NCBI GenBank assembly: GCA_964016885.1
Contig: OZ024740.1
Coordinates: 142,352,001-142,416,000, forward strand
DNA: 64,000 nt
Reading direction: 5' to 3'
From: Eledone cirrhosa
Taxonomy: Eukaryota
Made by a program: the position numbers and the translations under genes. The stretch's first letter is position 1, and every line of letters starts with the position of its first letter. Under the pieces are notes generated by a model. That model was not told the DNA's origin and searched no databases. It saw only the letters and a list, made by a program, of their open reading frames with translations. This document shows positions 52,109-64,000 of the stretch, in pieces.

Positions 52109-53790
52109 ATGTTTGTTGATATCGTTAAAAACGATGAAGCCATATTGCAAGCTAACGCCACGCCCACCAAAAATAGCGAGAAAGAAGGAACAACAATTCA
52201 AACTGTTGAACTACCCCCTCCTCTCGAATGAAAAAAAAACACTGTGCAAAAGTCTGTTAATTTGAGTGAAAACCCAAATTTTGAAAAAGATAACATGGAA
52301 AAAAATACCACAACAAATGGAATTAATAAAACCAACAACATTGCAACAACAAACAACAATGAACGAAACGAAAACAACAAAAACAGCAAAATTTATTTTA
52401 CCCAAACAATCAAAAAAACGATCGAATACAAACCCATAGACATTACTAACGCTAAGAAAAACTTATTAAATGCCAGAAAATACGTATCTTTTGGTGAGGA
52501 TGGTTCTTTTATGATAAACTCCCCAGAAGAAGTACGTCAACAGGCATATAGGAATACTATAACTTTCAGGACTATATCCAACGCAACAAGAAAACCAACT
52601 CAATTGACAGAAAGTCAAATTGAGCTGGTTCTGAAAGACATTATAAAGGACATACTCTTTATTGAGGGAGGAAAGTTTTATGCCAGCATTATGGTCCGAA
52701 TGAAGGACCAAATGCTGGCTCGAAAATGCTCGGTGGCACCTATAGTGTCACCACAATACACCTTCTTCCCCACATATATGGGAAGAAGAACTCAAAGATT
52801 AAGAATGTGGAGCTCAACACTAGAAGTAAACATCTGGTCCGTCCTGACAGGATTCACGGACCTAGAAAAGGATATTCTAGTATCAGCAGGTGAGTCCACC
52901 AGTGGACTGTTCGAGGGAAAAAGTCTGGAGGTTCTCATACAGATGACACCAGAGAGAATCGCCGGAATACCCGACCGAGTACTACTGGATGGTTGAACTT
53001 TCATTAATATTACGGTGGAAGGCAGGAGGTCCTCATGTTACCACTGCGCTGGCAGAGGTCACCTGAGGACTGCCTGCCCTCTACTAACAACAACAAAAAA
53101 CACTGCTACAAACACCACAACAACAACAAAAACAACCAACACCACCACCACCACAAAAACAACAAAATACACCACCACCACCACCACAGCGACAACAAGA
53201 ACCAACAACACCACCTCCACCACCACCACCACCACAACAACAAAAACAAAAACAAAAGACCACGAAACAAATCAGAGTCACCCCCCCCCCCCCCACACAC
53301 ACACACAGAAAACAAGTACAAATACACACACCAACACAACACTACCACAAAATATCCCCCTACCCCTGAACACGGACGAAAACCTCCTTACATCGGAGCA
53401 TAGCGAAGATGAAGGAAAGTCGTTCCGACCAGTAAAAAGGAAGAAAAGGAAACATACCACTAACAGAAACCAAACACACACAGAAGAAACCACACGACAC
53501 AAAGCACCCCTCCCCATTACACAACACTAACAGCGTCACAGAAAAAAACATTACAGTGCACTTACATCAACAAACAAAACAAAAAACTCTCACTATAATA
53601 AACAGTAACCCTTCGGTTTGCACCGAAGGGCCAAATTTTAAGACAGTGGATGACTCTCCACACCTCAAAATGATAAAGGTCCCCATGAACCTTTATCAAA
53701 CTTTAAAAAACGTTTATAAAGAGGACGTGGGGCCCCCCTGTAACAAACCCTTTAACCGCGTCCTTTTAAAAGGTTACCCAACCCCTCCTT
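52109..53790 (+). pseudogene. Tx1 ORF1 (nucleic-acid binding, CCHC knuckle), disrupted
   Basis: CYHCAGRGHLRTAC, Thr-rich low-complexity region, KRKKRK basic patch; in-frame stops. Confidence 0.8.
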
Positions 53791-53967
53791 AGACACCCAC
53801 ACAACTCCAAATACCCCAACCCCTCCACACACTAATGCCCCCACACCACCACAAACCACCACCCCACCCAACGACCCCTCCTCCACCCCATGGAAGTTGC
53901 GCGGCCCGGACCCCGGGACGTAGAGAGGTAGGTGTGTTTTCTTTTTTTCTTCCCCTTCGCCGCCAAC

Positions 53968-56900
53968 ATGGCTGTGTTGAGAGTGGGTTGCTTGAATACG
54001 CGTCGCCTGGGCGCAGTTTGGAAGCAAGCTAAGCTTCTAAATGACGTCAGGTCACGCGGTATAAATGTGATGGTTATTTGCGAGACCCGGATCAGCAGCG
54101 TGCGCCAACTAGCCCCCACCTTTGATAACTTTGAGATGCACACATCTCTCTGTCAGCCCAGAGGTGGCGGTGGGGTTGTCGTTCTGCTGCAAAAACATCT
54201 GCGTCTCGCCACACAGATGGTACACCTGGACCCAGAGGGTCGACTGGTGGTCTTAGACGTTGGCAGTGGTGAAGGTGGAGCCTTTAGGATGGTCGCCGCC
54301 TACGCCCCTTTTGGGTCAGCGCGGGCGGACTTCTTCCAACGTCTGGAGACTTTTCTGGGGACATCCCGCTCCTTAATTTTAGTGGGGGGCTAGAATGATA
54401 TCCTGGATGCACGTTGGGACTATGTAGGGGCATGTCCCGATAGAGGGGGGTGTAACAGCCTCAAGGGGTTAATCGACCGATTTGACCTGGCCGATAGATA
54501 TCGACTAGATTATCCGACTGCGCCAACCTGGACTTGGGAAAATCCCAACGGATCATCTAGGTCGTACCTAGATAGGGTCCTAGTTAGAAATAAGGCTAGG
54601 AACCTTTTAAGCTGTCCAGAGATGCTCATGATTGACTATTCGGATCACAAATTAGTGACCTGCTTAGTCAACCTTGATAGAACTCATAGACAGAGACCCG
54701 GTTACTGGAAACTGAACTTGTCCTTACTGGCAAGTAAAGTGTACAGGGACCAGATTAGTACTTTAGTTAAGGAGCGGTTGACACTTTGCCCGGTTGTTCG
54801 GGAGGGGCGGGGGGCCGGATGGGGATGTGGACTTCGGTCCATACCTCGACGGCCTGCCGCGTCTTTCGGACGAGGAGGCGAAGTCCTGCGAGGGGCCGAT
54901 TTCAGCTGCTGAAATAGGGGACGTGCTGAGCCAATGCGGCAAACGCAAATCCCCGGGTCTCGATGGTCTTCCATACGAACTATATCTAGCTATGCCGGAC
55001 TTGTTCTCCAATCTCCTCGAGGCGGTCTACTGCAACTGGCAACAGAACGGGAGAATTCCCTGTTCTGTGACCAAGAGCGTAATCTCGCTAGTGAGGAAGG
55101 ACGAGAACAAGGGGGGAGAAATAAGTAATTTCAGGCCCATAACTCTGCTAAATGCAGAGTTAAAGATGTTGGCCAAGGTGTTAGCAAAGAGGTTGGCGCT
55201 TGTCGTGGGCAACCTGGTGGGAGATGCGCAGACATGTGCTATCCCATCCAGGTCCATCCACGACAACCTCCACCTTATGCGATACATCATAGAGAGGGTT
55301 GGGAACGAACCCGGCTTTGGTGGGGCCCTGATCAACTTGGATCAATCTAAGTTACCTGGATGCGGTGCTAGCGGCGGAAGGTTTCGGACCCGTTTTCAGG
55401 GGCTGGATCATTGCCATGCACAGCAGCCGCATCTGCTCTAGAGTCAAAGTGAACGGCTACCTCTCGGAGCCGTTCGAAATCACGCGGTCCATCCGACAGG
55501 GGTGCCCTCTATCCTCCCTTCTGTATGTATTGGCCCTCGAACCACTGCTGCGGAAGTTGGAGTTGTTGCAGGGCATCCCTTTGGAACCAGGATTGCGGAA
55601 AGCAGTGTCGGCCTACGCCGATGACGTAACAGTAATGGTGTCGACCAACTCGGAAATCGGGGCGATCGGCACCTTACTGGAGGAGTACGAAAGGTTTACA
55701 GGGGCTAAGCTGAGCCAGGACAAGTCGATCGGTTTGCAACTCGGAACGTGGAGGGGCAAACCGATGCCCTCCGATGGCGTCGTCGGACGCTGGACGAAGG
55801 GCCCGGTGAAGTTGCTCGGGGTCTGGTTTGGACCAGACCTCCAGGTGGAGAAGAACTGGGGTGAGGTAACGAACAGGGTCTTTGAAGTGGGCCGAGTGCA
55901 AACTATCCCTGAAAGGTCGAGCGGAGGTGTCGAACACTTATATAGCGTCCGTCATCTACTACCGCCTGACCGTCGTGCCTTGTCCAAGGGAAACGCTCAC
56001 CAAAATGGAGCGCGCATTCTTCCAATTCCTTTGAAAGAAGCGGACTCCTTTGGTGAGGAGATCCATCTGCTGTCAACACCCTTCGAAAGGAGGGCTGCCG
56101 TGGCTGCTGATGCGTAAACACGCATTAAGGTTACGGCACCTCCAAGTATTCCTCACCGGTCAACCGGTGTGGGCCCCGTTTGTGAAACGAACCTTTCCGA
56201 GACTCGTCTCACTCAACAAGCTGCAATACTGAGTCAAGTAAAGACCGAGAAAACTGGGCGCCTGGCACACCGAGTGTGCCCAGGCGCTCAAGGCTCTCTG
56301 GCAGGCAGACCTGGCTATCAGTGGAGACTCCACCTCGACATTCTATAGAGGGCTGGTGCGCAGTAGGTGCGACGACGCCCTCGGAGAAGCCCTGGGCATG
56401 GAGGAAGATGAACTGGCCAACCTGTTCGGTAGGATATTTACCCCGGGACCTATGGACAACTTCCAGAGGTCCCTGGCCTGGCAGTGTTACCGAGGGACTC
56501 TGCCCGTTCGGGAAAAGCTCTACAGACACGGGCGCCCGGGTAGGGACCCCTCGAAAAAGATCTGTCTCAGATGCGTGCGCGACAAAGAAACCGTCTTGCA
56601 TGCATTGGTACACTTCCCGGGTGCCGCCGATCTGTGGGGCTATGACGAACGACTCCTGTCACGGGTGGGACCAATCCGAGTCCATTATAACGATCAAGCT
56701 GCCTCCCCCCTTCAAACATGAAGGAGAGGCGGTGTTTCTGTGCGTAATAGCCATGGTGAAAGAGGTTTATGGTGGACGCGTTTGAAAGGGCTGAGGTCGG
56801 AGACCTTTCTCTCCGACCAACAACTGGTCCTTTTCTTCCGATATCATTTCGGAAGAAGGATCAGGATGGAGAGAGAAGTGCTCCACCCCAGCCAGTTTTA

Positions 56901-56970
56901 TGAAGGTGTGTGAAAGTGGCGAGAATAGCCCGTGTGAATGGGCCTTCTCTTTATATCAGCCTGTAGATGA
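53968..56970 (+). pseudogene. Tx1 ORF2 (APE endonuclease and RT), disrupted
   Basis: GCLNTRRL, ICETR, YSDHKL, SPGLDG, NFRPITLLN, IRQGCPLS, YADD, CLRC..ETVLH; several frameshifts and deletions. Confidence 0.92.
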
Positions 56971-57184
56971 AAAAGATGGAAGAACAAGGGAGCACCCTCT
57001 CTCTGTGCTCCTGAGGAGAAGGGTTGCACACTTTTTCCAGGGTGTGTTCGACCCCCCAAAACTGTTGAGGATTTTATTGTTAATTTTATATTTGTTATTT
57101 GTTTTTTACTCGTTCTTTTGTGTAAACTCCCACTCCCTTGTATTTATCCCCTTCTTTTGTGCCCTCGTGGCAATAAATAGAAAC

Positions 57185-57263
<79 letters not shown>

Positions 57264-57264
<1 letters not shown>

Positions 57265-57540
57265 AAGAATCAGGATGGAGAGAGAGGTGCTGTACCCCAG
57301 CAAGTTTTATTGAAGATGGGTGAAAGTGGCGAGAATGGCCCGTGTGAATGGGCCTTCTCTCTATATCAGCCTGTAGGTTGAGGAAAAATAGGAAGAGAGG
57401 AAAGGGGTACTCACACTTCGTACTCCTGGAGATGAGGGTTGCACATTTTTTCGGGAGTATGTGTTGCCCATATGTAATGTCTCCCCCTATTGGGGAAAAT
57501 CGATTGTTTTTTAAATTTCCTTTGGCATCTATCTTTATTA
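57264..57540 (+). mobile_element. Second, short 3' fragment of a Tx1 element inserted in the (TATC)n tail
   Basis: atcaggatggagagagaggtg...gtgaatgggccttctct repeats 56860-56965 with divergence and has a different 3' UTR. Confidence 0.8.
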
Positions 57541-57764
57541 TTTCTTAATTTTTTTACTATATTTCTATTATATCACTATTCCTTCTTATCTTCCTCTGTC
57601 TAGCTCTTTGCCATTCTCTCTCTCTCACTCTCTCTCTCTCTATCTATCTTTCTATCTCTCTCTCTCTCGCGCGCGCGCTCTCTCTCTCTCACGCACACAC
57701 AATCCTTCTCTCACCCCTTCAGCTCCCTCCCTCACACTCGACACACGTTGCCGTATATATTCAC

Positions 57765-57812
<48 letters not shown>

Positions 57813-57818
57813 ATATGT

Positions 57819-57894
<76 letters not shown>

Positions 57895-57924
57895 TACATA
57901 TATATATATGTGTGTGTGTGTATG

Positions 57925-57967
<43 letters not shown>

Positions 57968-58027
57968 CACACATATATATATATATTACATATTTATATA
58001 TATATATACATACATATATACATACAT

Positions 58028-58062
<35 letters not shown>

Positions 58063-58064
<2 letters not shown>

Positions 58065-58265
58065 ATAGGAACAAGTGTGACCCCGACGGCAGAGCTCAAG
58101 CCGTTTCGACGGCTATTTCTGGACTAGAAATAGAAATAGCCGTCGAAACGGCTTGAGCTCTGCCGTCGGGGTCGTACTTGTTCCTATTACCCACTCTTCT
58201 ACCCTAAATATTGAGTACTTTGGTGCGTTATAGTCCATCTGGTTCCTTACCACAATTACTTCGTT
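58063..58265 (+). mobile_element. Second copy of the 883-1153 palindromic element (core hairpin plus one tail) in (TA)n
   Basis: Hairpin at 58063-58189; GAAAC-ggcttgagctctgcc-GTC; tail with GAGTACT at 58213. Confidence 0.9.
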
Positions 58266-58523
58266 ATATATATATATATATATATTATTATTACATATAT
58301 ATATATATATATATATATGTATATCACATATCTATATATATATATGTGTGTGTGTGTGTCTGTCTGTCTGTCCAGCCGCCTCAGTGTATATATACGAGTG
58401 GTGTATATAAACTAATATACCTTCATTGTATTACATTGTTCTCCTGTCTTATTTTTCCGTATCGACTTTTCTTATAGACATACATACATGCATGCACTCA
58501 CAAACACACACACACACACATTC

Positions 58524-58595
<72 letters not shown>

Positions 58596-59823
58596 TCATA
58601 CGCACACACATTCATACACATACACACACGTGTTTGTGTGTGTATGTATGTATGCATGCTCGTATGTTTGTTTACATTTATATTTATATTTATATATGCA
58701 TACATGTGTGTGTGTGTGTGTGTGTGTCTAATTCCCAATGACAAATAACCCCTATATATATACATGCACACGTTAGTAGGTTCCTTCTTTCCTTGTAATG
58801 GTGTTGATATGACACCTTCTGCAACTGCCTCGAAAGTGAAAAAAGGACTAATGCAGCACTAAAGCAGATTCTCATCACTGTAGCACTGGGGAGACTAGAG
58901 ACTGTCTATATTAGCAACTAAACAGGACGTACACAATCTACTATTACAACTGCTAATAACACTGCCTCTCCCTCCAATCATCTCTTTTACTCCGGTTTTA
59001 GTTGAAAACATACTATTGCCACTTTATTATAGACTTCCATCTGTGCAATTTCTATATCAATATCTTAGACAAATATTTTTACTTTTTATTCTTTTGCTGA
59101 TTTCAACCCTTAGACTGCAGTCATGCTGGGGCACAGCCTCAAAGGGATTTTTAGTCGATCATGTCGACCCCAGTACTTTTTTCTGGTACTTATTGTATCG
59201 TTCTTATTTTTATCAAACCGCTGCGTTCTGGGTCATAAACACCGACACAAACGTAAACTCAGTCGCGGACACACACATACATATATACAGCGGGATCCTG
59301 CACTTTTTGTCTACCAAAAATCACTCAAAGACGTTGGTCAACCCAAGGTTATAGTAGTAAACACTTACCCAAAGTGTCTCGTAATGGGACTGAACCCGGA
59401 ACCACATGGCTGCAAAGCGAACTCCTTAATGATACAATCGTGTCTGTGCCAAGCTCTTCATTTTCCATCCATATAGTTCATATTTCTTTCTTTCTTCTCT
59501 CCCCTTCGTTCTTTCTCTTTCAATTCGTAGAAAGAGAGAGCGTAACAAACAAAAAGACAGACGAACAGAAAGAGAGGGCTGGCCTTACATATATAGTAAA
59601 ATAAAAATGAGGCGATTGCCTAAGAGACTAAAACTTGGGTCTCATCATTGGCACCTGTTTGTAAACCGTATGAGAAAGGAACATACATTACAATGTTTCC
59701 TAGGGCACGGGGTAACTTGGCGCTGGCTACGTGTATTTTAAACTGTGTCAGTTCTAACGCTAGTGAATTACCAGCCCGTCAACCTCGCACTGTATGAAAA
59801 TGAGCGTCACCTTAAATGAATAA

Positions 59824-61556
59824 AACCGTGTAACATATTTTTTGTTCCCCGGTTCTAAGTCTCTTTTCCTGGTTTGTTATATCCCATTATTATTTTTAAA
59901 AAACACTATTATTTAATCAGAAGTTTGGGTTTGTGGTCAGGAGTTTGATATTTCGAAATTTTCATATTTTTCAAGAAAAAACACATTTTTTTTTAATTTA
60001 TCAGTTCATATAATTAAATCAACAGAGTATATATTTATTTTATTACACAAGCTTATCAAAAGCAAACACGTAAAAACAAATAACACTTATAAAGCAACTT
60101 ATACACGTCAGAAATGACTGGATTACCTGGATTTGCGATTGTAGTCCAGGTCGCATTCCCGCACTAGCCCCCAGATGTAGTCCCCCATCATGTTTTCATT
60201 GTAGTGGCCCTGGTACCTCCGCTCTATCTCTTTCACATCTTGGTGGAATCGTTCGTCTTGTTCTTCTGAGTAGGCGCCCATATTGTCCTTGAATTTTTCC
60301 AGGTGAGCGTCCAGCATATGGAGTTTAAGCGACATCCTGCATCCCATGGCGCCAAAAGCCTTTATCAGATCCTGCACCAGTTGCTGGTAGTTTTCAGCTC
60401 TGTAGTTGCCCAGGAAGCCCTTAACAACTGTCTTGAAACAGTTCCATGTTGTTCTCTCAATCCTATTGAGCTTATTGGAGAACTCGGTAGACTCAAACAC
60501 CTTCTTTATCTGAGGTCCAACAAAAATTTCACCTTTTATTTTGGCCTCAGATAACTTGGGGAAGAACTCAAGAAGGTACTTAAAAGCGGCTTATTCTTGG
60601 TTGAGAACCTTCACAAACTGCTTCATCAACCCAAACTTAATGTGCAGTGGCGGCATGAGCACAATCCTGGGATCAACCAGTGGCTCCCACATGACGTTCC
60701 GGGTCCCAACTACAAATTATGTTCGCTGCTCCCAGTTCTTTCTTTTGTAGTGGTCAGAGGTGGCTCTGCTGTCCCAAAGGCAGAGGAAGCATTGGAATTT
60801 GATAAAGCCTCCTTGGAGTCCAAGCAGGAAAGTCACCATCTTGAAGTCTCCAATGATTTCCCAATTGTACTGGTTGTATTGCAGAGCTTCCAAGAGGACT
60901 TTCACACTGTAGTAATCTTCATTCGGGCAGACTGAATGAGCTAGGGGCAGTGTCGGGAACTTGTTTCCATTGTGGAGGAGGACAGCCTTCAAACTTGTGG
61001 TGGAGCTGTCTATAAATAGCCGCCACTCCTTGGGCACAAACGGCACCCCAATAACGTCAAACAGTCCAGGCACGTCATGGCAGAAGCAGAAGCCATCCCT
61101 AAGAGTGTAAAAGCCTGAGAAAAGTTCGTGTCGACTTCTTTGACTTGTCACCTGCACTTCCTCCTTGACTTCCACTGCTTTATCCTGGAGACGAATGCTT
61201 AAAACACAACTTACCCTTTATTCAGGGTGCGAAAATCCAGTATCTCTTTAATCCACGTTTTAACAATTTTATACTTTATTGCACTTTTATAATTTTCTTT
61301 AGGTATTACTCTTTATTTTATAATTTTAATTTAACCTGAAAGATATATAAAAATATCATTTAACATAAGCAAATTAAACTTACATACAACGTAAAATCCA
61401 GCATACAAATAATTCTAGTGAATAGCTTAGAATTTTTACAAACCGAAACTTTTAACTGTTTAATAGCACTTTTTTTTATTTATTTGGGACCTAAGCAACA
61501 CAAAAAAAGTGATTACAAGCCAGGAACAGAGAAAAAAAAAATGTTGTTACACAGTG
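59824..61556 (-). mobile_element. Chapaev3/CMC-like DNA transposon (internally deleted)
   Basis: Imperfect TIRs aaccgtgtaac / gttacacagtg, flanked by taa / tta; transposase motifs inside. Confidence 0.8.
60123..61175 (-). pseudogene. Chapaev3-like transposase (frameshifted)
   Basis: WRLFIDSS..SLKAVLLH, GDFKM, CFLCLWDSR, MPPLHIKFGLMKQFVK, MSLKLHMLDAHL, SEEQDERFHQD. Confidence 0.88.
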
Positions 61557-63169
61557 TTATTAAACAGCTATCAAACTAGCGAGAATCTTCTTAGTCAGTT
61601 AACCCGCTCGAAGCAGCAATCGTATCTGCGACAATAATCTTCCTTGCAATCTTCAAATTAGGTCCTACCAGAGTTCAGACCTGATTCTTGAAGACAGCAT
61701 AGATGACAATATGAAGCCACATATTATAAGAAGTCAGTCTTATCCTATATCCACTCAGTCATTTTATTTCTCTCTCCCTATCTATCTATCTATCTATATC
61801 TCTAAATCTATCTATCTCCACACTCACACATAGATCAACACCACCGCGAACAACAACACTAACACCACCATCACTACCACATATAAAATCACAAACTACT
61901 CAGTGAGAGGGGTTATATTTTGTGACGTGACCCTCTAAGTGTAACAGGCTGGTCTTCCTAATCAAATTAATTTTCATCATTCAAATTGAGGAAAGATAGG
62001 TTGAATTCTAAATTTCATAAGGGTATACTCAACAACGCAGAAACGCGCGGGCAGGTGGTTAGGGTGTTGGGCCCACGATTGTGAAGTCGTGAAATCTATT
62101 CTCAAAGCGGATAGCAGGGTATACCCTTGAGCAATGCTCTTCATTTCACGTTGTTCTAGTTCACAGCTGAAAAGACGAGTACTAGCAACAACAGCTAATG
62201 GTTAACTTTACGAATGGATTAAAGTCCAGACTTGTACATTCAGTAACATGCAGTGTCGCATGAAATCGGACTAAACTCTAACCTGACGAGCCTTGGGGTT
62301 CGAGGAAGACTTTGTCTCCCTGGTTTCAGATTTACAGTTTAAACTTTTGGGGTCTTAATTTTGACTTTCATAATTCCTAGGCAGTCATAGAAAAGTAATA
62401 GTAACTGCCAACACTCCTTCAAAAAACAAATATCAACAGTGTCTCAATCAATATTGGTTTCTGTAGACGAAACACTAGTCACCCAGCTTTTCAGTGCACT
62501 TGGCTAAACCTATAATATGTATCCCCTTCTCCCAAATAAAATTTGGCAAGCTGGTGAACTAAATTATTGGAATTTCTTACTCTAACTACACTAAGAAACT
62601 TACTGAGACTACATTTCCCACTACACAACCTACACTCACTTTTTAAATTCAGTAATCCATACCTGAGTTCTTTGCCCTAGGCGGCAGTCTAATGATAGCG
62701 TTGAACTTGTTAGACACTAGAGGACAAGAGAAAATGAGTCTTAATGACATATGTAACATAAAATGGTTTTACTCAAGAACTGAAGCCACTTTTGTAAACC
62801 ATAGCTTACTTCTGAATTTATGTAGCTCCCCACGAAGAAATCTGTGAACTCCAGCCGAGACATACGTATGTCTCGGGCAGTTAAACGAGGTGGAGCGCGT
62901 CATTCCCCAGGCTGAAACGTAGCTGAATTTTTCCAGAGAGAGAGTGTATGAGAGAGAGAGAGAAGAAGAAGAATCTACTCCCGTACCGGACTAGTGCATT
63001 ATTTATTGACAACGAAAGGATGAAAGCCGGAATGAATACTGCAAAGCATTCTGTCCGACGTTCTAACGACTGCCAATTTGGCATCCTAGAAGCAAATAAT
63101 GTGAATAAAACCAAATTAAAACAAATTTTATCTGTTCAAAACGTTGTTACTGTTTACAAGTTTCATAGG

Positions 63170-63360
63170 CAAGTGGTCAGATGATTAGAGTATTCGACTT
63201 ACGATCATATAAAATCGTATGTTCAATTCCTTAAATAGACGGCTTGTCTGTTCTTGAGCAATACATTTCACATCACTTCTGCTAGGAGTTGTGACAGACA
63301 GATAATATCAACAATGGAAAAACCAATGGAAACGTTGTTTCCTTGATTCGATCTAATGAT
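63170..63360 (+). mobile_element. SINE family B, degenerate
   Basis: Head similar to 38160 and tail gataatatcaacaatggaaaaaccaatggaaac. Confidence 0.6.
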
Positions 63361-64000
63361 CCTTTCCTTTCCTTTAAATAGTAATGGAGATAAACTATAG
63401 AAATATTTAAGCAAATAAACAAAGTTAAAATCTACCTGAGTTAGTATAAGTTGGTCCAAGTTGAGAGAGTAGAGTGAAGCGGTGCAGACTGTGCCAACAT
63501 GTTGCAATAGCAGCAGGCACAAGAAAAATACAGGGTTGTAGGTTCAAAACGTATGTTTATTTTTACCAGACTGTGGGGAAAATATCGCCACTAATATCAA
63601 CCATAATAGTACATCACATGCGTTTGTATATATATAAATATATAGTAATAAAGATTTCTGCTTTAGGCACAAGGCCAACAATTTTGTGGGGAGGAGAAAG
63701 TCGATTAAATCGATCCGAGTTTCAAGTAAACAACATATTAAAACGAAAGAACACTGCAAGATTCCTTAGAATTTAATATTGACGACAAATTTCTATTAAA
63801 ATATTTTTTGGAAATTTATAACACAATAATAAGCAATTTTATATTTGTCCCATTAGGAATTCAATTTAAACATTCACTCTCATAGACACAGAAATAACAC
63901 AGTATAAGCATATAGATGTGAAAACAAACTCACACACAAACACACAGACAAACACGTTACATATACAAACATTCACATACACAAGCAACAAGTGCGCACG

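Larger units (their letters stand above)
51930..57263 (+). mobile_element. Near full-length Tx1-clade LINE inserted in (TATC)n
   Basis: ORF1 with CCHC knuckle; ORF2 with APE, RT and zinc motif; AATAAA followed by a (TATC)n tail; (TATC)n also upstream. Confidence 0.93.

Overview
This is a 64 kb AT-rich eukaryotic intergenic or intronic window. It is extremely dense in microsatellites ((TA)n, (CA)n, (GA)n, (TATC)n, (CTA)n) and tRNA-derived SINEs, which suggests an octopus or other cephalopod genome (inference only). No host protein-coding exon could be supported, and most ORF-track entries are microsatellite translations. Recognisable transposons are: a full-length but frameshifted Ty3/Gypsy LTR element (32598-37774, nearly identical LTRs, ACCC TSD); two divergently oriented Tx1-clade LINEs associated with (TATC)n; a Chapaev3/CMC-type DNA transposon; a 5'-truncated Penelope-like element (GIY-YIG); and small Vingi/Ingi-, RTE-, R4-, CRE- and I-like LINE fragments. 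The most striking unannotated layer is about 10 intact-looking type I hammerhead ribozymes plus a few degenerate ones. They belong to several sequence-unrelated small elements that almost all abut (TA)n tracts. Three carry a CCGAYGA (U4C) core. Several elements are fold-back palindromes, some keeping only the GAAAC-stem III-GTH half of the ribozyme on both strands. Many share a GAGTRCY motif about 40-50 nt from the (TA)n junction. Together these look like a (TA)n-targeted, Penelope-driven system of ribozyme-bearing mini-retroelements and hairpins. All alignments and folds were done by eye, so coordinates may be off by a few bases.
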